Position numbers and translations under genes: made by a program. A DNA stretch of 63,299 bases, filler included, from Reticulomyxa filosa (Eukaryota; Protista; Foraminifera): NCBI GenBank assembly GCA_000512085.1. It is 14 parts of 14 records of this genome, joined end to end, with 100 filler letters (N's around TTAATTAATTAA, not from the genome) between each part and the next. Parts side by side here need not be neighbours in the genome. Positions count along the whole stretch, not along the records: positions 1 to 4,849 come from ASPP01018523.1; positions 4,950 to 10,851 come from ASPP01005087.1; 12 more parts are not named here. One strand, given 5' to 3'. Below the pieces are notes generated by a model, which worked only from the letters and a program-made list of their open reading frames with translations, was not told where the DNA came from and did not search any database. This document shows, piece after piece, positions 1 through 10,951 of the stretch (positions are counted from its first letter, which is position 1; every line of letters starts with the position of its first letter).

Positions 1-1
1 G

Positions 2-1335
2 ATAGGCCAGTTTGGTGTTGGCTTTTATAGCGCCTATTTAGCGAATGAGCGCGTGGTGGTGAGAAGTAAACACAACGAGGATGAACAACATGTGTGGAAA
101 ATTATAGCAAGCGGCACTTTCAGGGTTCGTGATGACATCGATAACCCGTACCAAATAAAACGGGGAACTGAGATATACTTGCACTTAAAAGATGATTGCG
201 CAAACTTTTGTAAGAAAAAAAATGTAAAAAAACTTGTTAAAAAATACTCGCAGTTTGTAGCATTCCAGATTAACTTGTTGACAATCAAAGAAGAAGAAAA
301 GGTTTTGTTTGTTTTTTATTTGTTTTGGATATACGTACATACGGGTGGGGGGAAGTGTTGCTGCTTTTTTTTGACAAGAAAAAAGGATGTTTGATCCGGT
401 TTAATTTTTAGGATGTGAACGAAGATGAGGACGATGACGATGATGACAAAGACAAAGAGGAAGTTAGTGACTATAGTGGAAAAAAAATTAAAGAAAAAAA
501 AGAATTGGAACTGCTGAACAAGCAGAAACAAATTTGGAGCAGAAAGCTGGAAGAAGTTCTTAATAAAGAATACGATGCATTTTATAAATCAATATGCAGC
601 GATTGGGAAGAAAAATTGACATTGAAACATTTTAGCACTGATGGCCAGTTGGAATTCTCCAGATTGTTATTTGTGCCAAAGGCACCGTTCGAATCAACGA
701 AAAAAAAGAATAAAAGTGAAGAAAAGTCGCTGAATGAATACATTAGTAGAATGAAGGAGAACCAAAAGCATATCGATTATATTACAGGTGAATCACGAGC
801 AAATGTGGAAGCATCTCCGTTTTTGGAAGCATTGAAGAATATATACTTGGAAGTTTTATTTTTACTTGACACTATCTACGAATACGCGGTCCAGCAATTG
901 CGAGAATATGATATAAAGAAATTATTATGCGCTACCAAAGAAGATTTAAATTTGCCATTGACCGAAGAAGAAAAGAAAGTTAGTTTTTTTTTAAGTATAC
1001 TTTAAAAAAAAATAAAAACGTTTACGTATAATTGGTTTTTTACGTTTTTACAGAAACGAGAAGATAAAGTGGCTTACGAATCGCTAATAAAAAAAATGAA
1101 AGAGATATCTGGAGACAAGGTAGAAAAAGTCATTATCAACTGTCGAATGGTTGACTTCTCATTGGTTACACGAATGTCTGGTCTGCGAATATGGAAAGAA
1201 TTATAAAGATGATTAGCATCAAGAAGATGCAGCAAAAAGGGTACCAGAAGAGCAATCAGTTGATAAACCAGACGCTGCAGCAGAAAATGCTAACTTGGAA
1301 AAGGAATACGTTTTGTCAATAGAAGGAGTTGATTA
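2..1335 (+). pseudogene. HSP90: Cytosolic Hsp90 degenerate copy (5'-truncated by window/contig edge)
   Basis: IGQFGVGFYSAYL at 2-40, RGTEIYLHLK, LNKQKQIW, KHFSTDGQLEF, EYISRMKENQKHIDYITGES. A large part of the middle domain is deleted between KAPFESTKKKNK and SLNEYISRM. The 3' end is frameshifted and introns are retained. Confidence 0.9.
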
Positions 1336-1962
1336 ATCTTTGTTGTAGGTGAAACAAAGAAATTGCTAGTCTTCTTTGTTTTAACACCGCTTTGTTTTTT
1401 AATTTTTATTTTGAACTTGATATTTTTAAAATGAACAAATTCAACATCTATTCAGCAAGCAAGTTTTTTTGAAAGTATTATCATACAAGTTCGCAAAGTA
1501 ATGTCTATTTTTTGAAAAGAAATTTAGTTTTCGTAGTTCGCCAAGTCTAAGCACGATTTAATAGTAAAAAAATTGCACAATATAATTTATTTTTATCGGT
1601 CTTTGGTTCGCAAAAAAAACTATTCATTTTTAGTATCTTTAATATAAAGATTCTTTTAAGTGACAACAAAGACTAAATAACAAAGATTAAAAGAATCTTT
1701 ACAATGCAAAACAATATTTTAGTTGTAAGAATTTTTTTTAACAAATGAATGTGATATGAAAAGTTCAATATAAACGTTTCCATTAATATACAATGGTCAT
1801 TCAGGCGAATTATTTGTATGTAATGATGATATTCCTTGTAAATGACGACAATCTCTTGCAACCACATATGAAAGTTAACAATAGTATTTTCCTTTTCATC
1901 GACTGTCAAAGTGTCTAAAATTAAGGCAGCTTTATTTGGGTCATAAAAGAGAATCTTGTATT

Positions 1963-2915
1963 TTATTGCGACAATACTGGCAGCTCGAATGATAAAGTGA
2001 CAGTATTGTTCATATTTAAGTTGATTTTGATGGCAATGCGCACGTAGGTGCGCTTGTGTTGTTCCATTTTTGCATAGTTGCCTTTTAAATGCGATCGAGA
2101 ATCAGCCAACACTGGCGCTAATTGTGAGTTTGTAAGTGTGTGTCTTTGGGCGATGTGATGTTCACGAAAGTATGCGTACATTAACAATATGCAATATCAA
2201 AGTCCAAGACCCAATTTCTTTGTATTTGGATTGCAATGAAATCAGAGTCGATGACACTGTTTTCTTGTTCGTCGTCGCATCTGTCATTGTTGGGAACGGA
2301 AACACCTCCTTCCGCCGAGAAAGATGCGATGTGGTCGACGAGGACCAGTCCTAACACATTCACTTTTGCTCGCGCACGTGCAGCCTCGCGTTCACTGCAA
2401 CACTGTAGCATTTCTTGTCGACGTTGCTTGCTCATCCTCTTCCCAAACAGCTTGCGTCCCAATAATAAAGAACAGTGAGTCTTTGTCTCCAAAGTAGTAC
2501 ATGCAGTGTTTCGGCAGGTCGAACGTCCATTTCGACTGCATGTCCACCATCCACATTTTCCGCCTATTGTTCGAGTCACAATAGTTCGCATCGCGGTTCC
2601 TTCGACCATTTAATTCAATTTAAAGAAAAGATTATATACACATATATAATATTTCAATGCAAAATTTTTACCTTCGACCCCTGGAATGAAATTGGATCGA
2701 GGTGCCGAAAGCGCATATATACGAGAGATGTCGACAATATATGCACACGTGGATACCCACACGGTCGAAGACTCGCGTTTTCATTGGATATTGGCCTTGC
2801 AGCAGCTTCAAACAATACCGATTTCGTCATACGAATATCATGTAAGGGATTTAGAAGTGGTAACGGCCACGAGGACGAATGAACCAAGAAGACAGAAGAG
2901 AAGCCTTACCATTCG
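1963..2915 (-). pseudogene. Degenerate secreted/membrane protein gene fragment, possibly M14 carboxypeptidase-like
   Basis: Coding-like GC island. The minus strand reads MVRLLFCLLGSFVLVAVTTSKSLT*YSYDEI (signal peptide plus a YSYDEI-type start), followed by many stops and frameshifts. The family guess is weak. Confidence 0.25.
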
Positions 2916-3345
2916 AAATTATCGACGGGGGTCGAAGTTCCATGTAAAGAACTAGATTCGTTCGTCTAGCTTGGCAGTGTTCTTTTTCGTCAACCTCTTT
3001 GAAACTTTTAACTTGCTCTGGTACGAAAATATAACAATCAAATAAAACTCTTTATTTAATTAATTGAACATGACAAATGCATTCATTGCTTTTTTTTTAA
3101 ATCAAAACACAACTCCTTTGTATCTTTTTATCGTTTTTTATGACCCTTTTTTTCTATCATAAAATATAGTTCAATAACAAAAATTTAGTGTTGAAATAAC
3201 AAATATTATTTTCCTTGCAATAGAGTGTACGCGAGCATGTTGAATATTGGAATTTGTGAAATTGGTTATTGTTTTGAATTTCAGCAAAAAAAAGGGGGGT
3301 AACAACAAATTGATTTGATTGTCAAAATTAAAAAAGAGTCTCAAA

Positions 3346-3648
3346 TTAAGCATCTTCATCATCAGACTCTTCATCTTGGGCTGTTTTGACACCAGCATCT
3401 TTTGCTTGTGGCAGCACATCTTGTGGAACAAATAAGTGTCTATCGTTCGTCCAAACATGAATTTTCTTTGCTTTCAATGCACCAATCAAATAAACAAAAG
3501 AACAAAGTAAGATTAACTTTTTTGAGTCATTCAATACCCAACTAAGTTCCAAATCAAATGGTTTATCTTTGACATCGTCATGAATGGAATAAATACCAAC
3601 AAAAAAAATCTTTTAGAAGCCAATTTTTTCCAATTGAACCTTAGCAGA
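3346..3648 (-). pseudogene. PSMA3: Proteasome alpha-7 (PSMA3/Pre10) C-terminal fragment
   Basis: Minus strand AKVQLEK...GIYSIHDDVKDKPFDLELSW|intron|WTNDRHLFVPQD...QDEESDDEDA* matches the alpha-7 C-terminus (HDEVKDKAFELELSW...acidic tail). No 5' part is present. Confidence 0.8.
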
Positions 3649-4270
3649 AGAAGAAAAAGTTAGTTTTTTAAAAAGTATTCTTTAAAAAAAACTAAAAACA
3701 TTACGTGTAATTGGTTTGTGTGTTTTTTATAGAAACAAGAAGAGGAAAAAGTATTGTATGAATCGCTGATGAAAAAAATGAAAGAAATCATGGAGGACAA
3801 AGTGGAAAAAGTCATTGTCAGCTATCAAATGGTTGATTCGACCTGCCCTTTGGTTACAGTAGAATATGGATGGTCGACATATGGAAAGAAGTATGAGGGC
3901 TCAAGCACTAGAGATAACTCGATGACGCAATACATGCAGTCGAAGAAAACAATGGAAATCAACACGAACCACGAGATCGTTAGTAGCTTAAAAGAAAAAT
4001 TTGCAGCATATCAATCCGACAAGACAATCAAGGATTTGGTGTTACTGTTATTCGAAATGGCCTTGCTAACCAGTGGATTCAGCTTGGAGGAAACAGTAAA
4101 ATTTGCTGGGTGTATCCATAAATTAGTTAAATTAGTAATTAGCATTTTTGATTATGATGGAGATGATTATACTCAAGAAGTAGCAGCAAAAGAAGTACAA
4201 GAGAACAAACAGATGACAAATCAGACTATGCACAGAAAATGCCAAAGTCGTCAATGGAAAAAGTTGATTA
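3640..4270 (+). pseudogene. HSP90: Second Hsp90 fragment (C-terminal domain only)
   Basis: DKVEKVIVS, YMQSKKTMEIN, DKTIKDLVLLLFEMALLTSGFSLEE. The YGWS/ANMER region is frameshifted. It shares an intron with the copy at 980-1052. Confidence 0.88.
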
Positions 4271-4424
4271 ATTTTGTTGTAAGTTTGAACAAAGAAATTG
4301 TCTGATTTTGTTCAAAAAAAAAATATATAAAGAAGCTATTTTATATTCTTTCCCCCTGAAACTCAAGACAAAAGATTATTTTCAATCATTGTGCGCATTT
4401 CTCTGAAAGCACAAAATAAAAAAA

Positions 4425-4849
4425 AACAGCAAATTGAAATCCCAATAACCAGTCGCCAATGCATATCCATCATCAGATACGCCCAAACATGAAACAAGAC
4501 TATCGTGTGGCAAATTATACAAATAATCTCCTCGCAATGCTATATTTTATAAGCAAAAAAAAAAAATTATTATTTTAAAGTTCAGTTCTCCTCCCCCCCT
4601 AATCATTTAGAGATGATTATAATTTTTTTTATGTACCTGCTAACATCAGCAGCAGTATGTCTAGTGAAATTTGCAACAGCATGTTTATCTTTTCTTATTG
4701 AACCAACTGACTCATTAACAAACAATGGAGGATTCTTTTGATTCAAGCACACACATGACATAATGTGTGTGAACCTCGTACACGCTTTTTGGAGTTCTGT
4801 TTTCAATATCCCACAATACGCATGTGCCATCTCCACTGGAGCTAATCAT
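4425..4849 (-). pseudogene. GNB: Heterotrimeric G-protein beta subunit fragment
   Basis: Minus strand ISSSGDGTCVLWDIE (about 4849-4800) and HDSLVSCLGVSDDGYALATGYWD (about 4505-4435) match G-beta blades SSGDTTCALWDIE and [23 protein letters not shown]. It has frameshifts and internal deletions. Confidence 0.85.
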
Positions 4850-4949
4850 NNNNNNNNNNNNNNNNNNNNNNNNNNNNNNNNNNNNNNNNNNNNTTAATTA
4901 ATTAANNNNNNNNNNNNNNNNNNNNNNNNNNNNNNNNNNNNNNNNNNNN
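4850..4949. other. Artificial contig linker (N44-TTAATTAATTAA-N44). The same linker occurs at 10852, 12468, 14588, 36416, 37533, 38675, 46229, 47432, 48630, 53927, 59440 and 61106
   Basis: Identical 100-nt blocks with a six-frame stop palindrome. Gene content and GC% change abruptly across them. Confidence 0.99.
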
Positions 4950-5018
4950 ATATATATATATATATATTATATGGATACCTTATTTGATACAATGATCATA
5001 TTGACAACACGAAAATAG

Positions 5019-8000
5019 GCAAATCGGGAGTGGTAAAGTATGTGGGAAAGACCGAATTTAGCCAAGCAGAGCCAATGATCGGAGTGGAGATGGACGTGTG
5101 GAGTGCGAATGCTCATGACGGGTCACTCAATGGAATGCGATACTTTGACGCGACTCCTGGAAAAGGGTATTTTATTCGAAAAGAGTCATATATGTCTTTG
5201 AAAGACATAATCGGCGATAGTGACGTGGACCATATTTTGAAGCAAGGATCTATGGCCTTTGAAAACTTTGATGTGGCCAATTTGGGCACGTACTTTGAAG
5301 AGCAGGATTATGTGACCACAAGTGACGGGCACAAAGGAAAAGTGGTATTTATTGGCAAAGTCAAGTTTTCGCCCCAAGAAATGGCGGGTTTGATCCTCGA
5401 CGAGTGGGATCCAAACGGGCACAACGGCAACGTGCGTGGAGAAAAGTACTTTGACGCTCCGGAAGGATATGGCTGGTTTGTCCCGGTCGACAAAGTCACG
5501 GAAAAAATTTCAGAGGAGCCCGAAGCCGAAACTGAAAAGAAGGCGACCACCGAGAAGCAAAAGTCCAAAAATAAAAATCGCATCAAAGTCGAAGTCGGAC
5601 AGCGTGTTCAAATCAAAGGAGGAATGCGCGGATTGGTCAGCTTTTATGGCAAAACAGACTTTTCGGATAACAAGTGGATCGGATTGCAGTTGGACAATTG
5701 GCATTACAACGCTCACGACGGCACTGTGAACAACAAGAGATACTTTACCGCCGGCAAAGGTCGCGGATTCTTTGTTCGACCAGAAAGCATCTCCGTAGTG
5801 ATGCGTCAAGACGAAGAAAAAAAGATCACAGAATCGTTGTCGGTGATGCCGGAAATTGGTGATCGAGTACGAACAGTACGTGGAAAGACTGGAGTTGTTC
5901 GATTCATTGGACCCGTGGACTTTTCAAGAGGTGTGCTGATTGGAGTCGAGCTGGACCGATGGAGTCCCAATGCAACCGATGGCAGTGTCAATGGCGTTCC
6001 TTATTTTGATTGTATGTGGGGACGTGGTTATTTCACGTGCCTATCCAACCTCATCGAAAACTTGGGATCTGCGCTGCAATCATCAACACAAGAAACCACT
6101 GAGCCGGATAACAAAGCTGACTCTCAAGACGACTCGCTTCATTTCAAATTCGGAGATAAAATTCAGTTGTCACATCGCAAAATTGGTGTTATTCGTTTCA
6201 TTGGAACCACCGAGGCAACTGGTACTGATGAAATTATTGGCATTGAGTTTTGTGTTATTTCTTGTTTGTAATAACAAATAAATAAATATGTATTGTTTGT
6301 TATTATTATTATTATTATTATTTATAATTAATTTGTTTTTGTTTTTGTTTTTGTTTTTGTGATCAAGGCTCGATTCGTGGGATGTAAATGCAAAAGATGG
6401 AAGCATAGGCGAAAAAGTGCTGTTTGATGTATCCTATGGCCGTGGATATTTTGCACGCAGAAAAGCAATCTCAAATGCAGTGAGGACTCGCATAAAGAAG
6501 GACAGCTATGCGAAATTGAAAGGCTTGCAAAGTATGACGAAATTCAATGGCCGAGTGGTAAAGACGATTGAGTACGTACAAGAAAAACAACGATGGAAGG
6601 TGAAATTGTATAACAATAATAAAAAGAAAGAAAAGAAACACTTGGGAGTGAAGGAAGAAAACCTGACCCCATTGTTTGACTGGGAAATACCATCGGATTC
6701 TGCCCACGGACGATTAACCCGAATGCCTTTAATCGGAGACCATGTTCGAACAAGAGACGGTGCGATTGGAACCGTTCGTTTCTTAGGAAAAACCGATTTT
6801 TCCAAAGATCAAATCGCTATTGGCATTGAGTTGGATGAGTGGCAGCCCTCTGCAAATAATGGCAGTGTGAATGGCAAGGAATTTTTCAAATGCAAAGACG
6901 GATACGGATACTTTGCAAGTCTGGACGAATTGGAAGCAAACTTGGGTCAGTACGACGGAGCCCAGCCTCAAGCAGCAAAGCCCACACTCAAAGTCGGTGA
7001 CAAAGTAAAACTGGCTCGTGGCAAAATTGGCGAGGTCAGATTCATTGGAAAGACCGACTTTAGCAAAGGCGAGGAAGTTATCGGTTTGGAGTTGGCTCAA
7101 TGGACACAGGGGGCCCATGACGGAAAAGTCAATGGCAGAGAGTATTTTAAGGCAAGACATGGTCGTGGTTATTTCACTCGAAAAGAATCGGTTATGAATT
7201 TGGTGTTGCCCGAAGGAGGACTGGAACAAGAGAATCAGGTCGGTCAAAGTGCAGTTCAAATTCGACGTGAGATCAACAAGATCAAGAGGACACTTCGTCA
7301 AATTGAAATATTCGAAATGCGTCTCCAAAAGGGACAACAGCTGCAACCCCAACAACTTGAGCAAATTAAGGAGAAAGCAGACTTGATCAAAAAGCTGCAA
7401 CAATTGGAAATAGAGGCGTCGGACGCCGGCATTCACGATAAACAGAAGCAAGAAGAAAATACAAAGAAACGCCAGAACTTGTTGGAAAGAAAAGCAACAG
7501 TAGATTTGACGTCGAAAAAATGGACAGTGTCAGTTCAAGTGGATGATATGGTCAAATTGGAAAATGGAGATACTGGTGTTGTGAAATGGATTGGAAAAAT
7601 TCCATTTCTCGCAGACGAAGTGATTGGAATATTGATGGATCAAGGCAATCCAAATTATCACAATGGAGAATTGGATGGAAAAGAGTTTTTCAAAGCACCT
7701 AATCATCGAGGTTATTTTGCTTTGCCCGAAGAAATTGAGACCAATATGGGCTCCACGAGATCCACTGGCCGACGCAAATCAGTCAATGCCACAGAAGAGT
7801 CCAAACTTCATGAAACCATCAAAATTGGTGATAAAGTCCATACAAGCGAAGGAGAAGGCACGGTGGTTTGGAAAGGAACGGTCCCCTCCGGAGAAAGCGG
7901 AGAAAAGTCTGAGAATGTGCTCGGAATTGAATTGAACAACTTTAGTGGCAATTGCAACAGCGGAGTCAATTACTTTAATGCGAAAAAGGGGCACGCCATG

Positions 8001-10846
8001 CTCGCACGCACCCAATCTATTCAACTCGATTCGCTGCCCGATTTCGGAGCGGAACAAGATACTATTCAAGTGTTGGTTGGAGATCGAGTTCGAACTGAAA
8101 AAGGACGCACTGGAGTTTTGAAAGAAAACAACAACAACAATAATAATAATAATAATACATATGTGTACGTATATAATTAATTCTCAAATCAAATAGGTGG
8201 TTAGATTTGTTGGTCCAGTACATTTCAAAGATGAGGAAATGGTCGGCATCGAATTGGATGAATGGTCATTGAATGGAAATGACGGCAGCGTAGATGGGAA
8301 GAGGTACTTTGACTGTCGTGACTCAAGAGGCTACTTCTGTGCGAAGCGCCATATCGCGGAAAATATGGGCCCGACGTCATTGCAGAGTGCAAACGCATCC
8401 AAAGGCGTGGGAATAGCCGACGATGACGATTGGATTGACCCAAGAAACAAAAATATCAAAGCTGGCGACCGTGTTGAACTGGATCGGGGTCGTAAAGGTG
8501 TTGTGAAATGGATCGGCGTGACCGACTTTAGTCGCGGCGAAGAAATGTTGGGAATTGAACTCGATGATTGGTGGATCAATGGTCATGATGGAAGCCAAGA
8601 TGGGCAGAAATATTTCCAAGTTCACTACAAAAAAAAAACAAAAAAAAATGGTCTCCTTACTTTGTATTATCATATTTGTGTGTGTGTTTCAATACAGTGT
8701 GCCGAAAACCGTGGATACTTTGCTCGTCGACGTTCCGTGGCAAATATAATAGTGAAAGACGTGAAGGAGGACCCCGTAAGCAAAGAGATAAACCGACGAA
8801 AGAAACGAATATTCCGACTTCGAAAACATTTGCAAGACATTGAAAAGTATGAAAAACGCTTGGCCAATAAAGAATCATTGCATAAAAATCAAATCGAAAA
8901 GATTGGACGAAAAGACCAATTCAAAGAAGAATTGCACCATTTGGAAACAGCCCCTCCTCCAACTCTGCAAGACTTGACTCGTGAAAAACAATACGAGGAA
9001 GATACTCGACCAGTGAACGGAAGTGATGACGAAATGTCTTTGGATGATATCAAAAAAGCGATTGAAGACAAAGAACGAGAAAGCGAGGAAGAAGCAGAAG
9101 TGAATGAAGATGAGGACGAAGACGGAGACGAAAACAACAAAGCCGAACACGGACGTGCAAAAAGCATGGTGGTGAATTTCGTTGACGTGGCTGTCGGCGA
9201 TCGAGTTCGAATCTTGGGAAACAAAACAGGCGTCGTGCGCTATCTTGGCGATGTGGAGTTTTCCAATGAAAAACTTATTGGAATTGAGTTGGATAGCTGG
9301 CATCCTAACGCAACCGACGGAACTGTGCGAGGAAAGACTTATTTCAAAGTTACTTTCAATTTATTTGTTTATTTATTCTTGTCTTGTTTTAATTTCATCT
9401 TGTTGCATTCTAGTGCGCTCCCGGATACGGATTTTTTGCAAGATACAACTTCGTTGTAGAGAATCTAGGATCAGTGGTATGATTTATTTATTTGTTTTTA
9501 GGAAAAAAAAAAGTCCTTGATTATTGTTGAATTTTGTTTTGATGTTGGAAAGCAAACTGATGGCGGCAATGACAACGACCTTGATGATGAAGACGAGACA
9601 ACACCACCTCCGCAAGCGCCATTACCGAAAATCCACTTCAAGATTGGAGACTACGTGAAGTTATCTCGAGGGAAATCAGGAGTGGTAAAGTACATTGGAG
9701 AAACCGATTTCACGAAAGGAGAAATTATCGGCTTGGAGTTAGATACATGGAACCCTTGCGGACACAATGGCACAGTGCGGGGAAAGAAATATTTTGAAGC
9801 CAACGTAGGTCGTGGTCATTTCACGCGAAGAGGCTCCATTTCTCAAGTAGTGATTCCTTTGGTGAAGCCATTGGATCCGAAAACCTCCAATACGACCTTC
9901 CAATTGAAACCATTCAAACCCGACGATCGCATAGCTTTCGTCAATGGAGGGGCGACAGGTGTCATCAAATACATTGGTTATCCTCCTTTTGCCGAGGGCG
10001 AAGTTTTTGGCATTGAATTGGATGAGTGGTCCGCGAACGCTCACGATGGCAGCGCCAACGGTGATATCATCTTTGACACGTTACCTGGACGTGGCATCTT
10101 TGCAAGACGAGACGAAATCGAAAAGTTTGATCCAGAGAAGAAGAAACTGGAAGAGGCAAAGGTGCAATTGAAAATTGGAGACAAAGTCAATTTAACCAAG
10201 AATCGTTCCGGAGTGGTCAAATATATTGGCTCGGACCACCTCACTGATCAAGAGATCATTGGCATTGAATTAGGTTTGTTTTTTTTTTTTTTTGAAACAA
10301 TTTTTTTAATGTGTAATGCTATTTTATCTTTTCTTTATAGACGTATGGATTCCTGGTGCTCATGATGGCTTGTACAACCAATACCGCTACTTTCAAGTTT
10401 TGTTTTTGATCTTGTTTTTGTTGCGCAATATTTGTTTGAAGTCAAAAGACGTGTATCAATTGAGAGTGACTTGACTTGAATGTAAAATGTAGTGTCCCAA
10501 AGGAAGAGGTATTTTCGCCAAACGAAGCTCAATTGTCACGATTCAATCGGTTCCGGAAGTGGAAACCAGAGCAACAGATGACAGCGACGACGAAAGGGAG
10601 GAAAACAAATACAGTATTGGACAACGAGTGCAAATTGACATGGGAAAAAAAGGAGTTAATCTGACTTTTTTTTTTTTTTTTTTCCAAACGAGGTACAATG
10701 CTAAACTTTGAAATTTGGAAAAATAGACAATACGATACATTGGAAAAGATACGAAAGGAGAGGAAGTATACGGCATTGAGTTAGATGAAAAAATACCTAA
10801 AGGTACCGATGGGCAGCACAATCAAATGAGATACTTCACGTGCAGG
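5019..10846 (+). CDS. Giant multi-CAP-Gly protein (at least 16 CAP-Gly domains; partial at both contig ends; multi-exon)
   Basis: The unit G-x-V-[RK]-[FY]-I-G-x-x-x-F...IG[IL]ELDxW...[HNT][DN]G[ST]VxGxxYF...G[RY]G[YF]F recurs 16 times after removing GT-AG introns (e.g. about 6247-6367 and 8620-8697). Confidence 0.93.
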
Positions 10847-10951
10847 TTTGTNNNNNNNNNNNNNNNNNNNNNNNNNNNNNNNNNNNNNNNNNNNNTTAAT
10901 TAATTAANNNNNNNNNNNNNNNNNNNNNNNNNNNNNNNNNNNNNNNNNNNN

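Noticed and set aside
4850-4949. Recurring TTAATTAATTAA palindrome flanked by Ns as a biological repeat or CRISPR-like array
   Set aside because: It is a fixed-length six-frame-stop assembly linker. ORFs ending in X..LIN are artefacts, and adjacency across linkers has no meaning.
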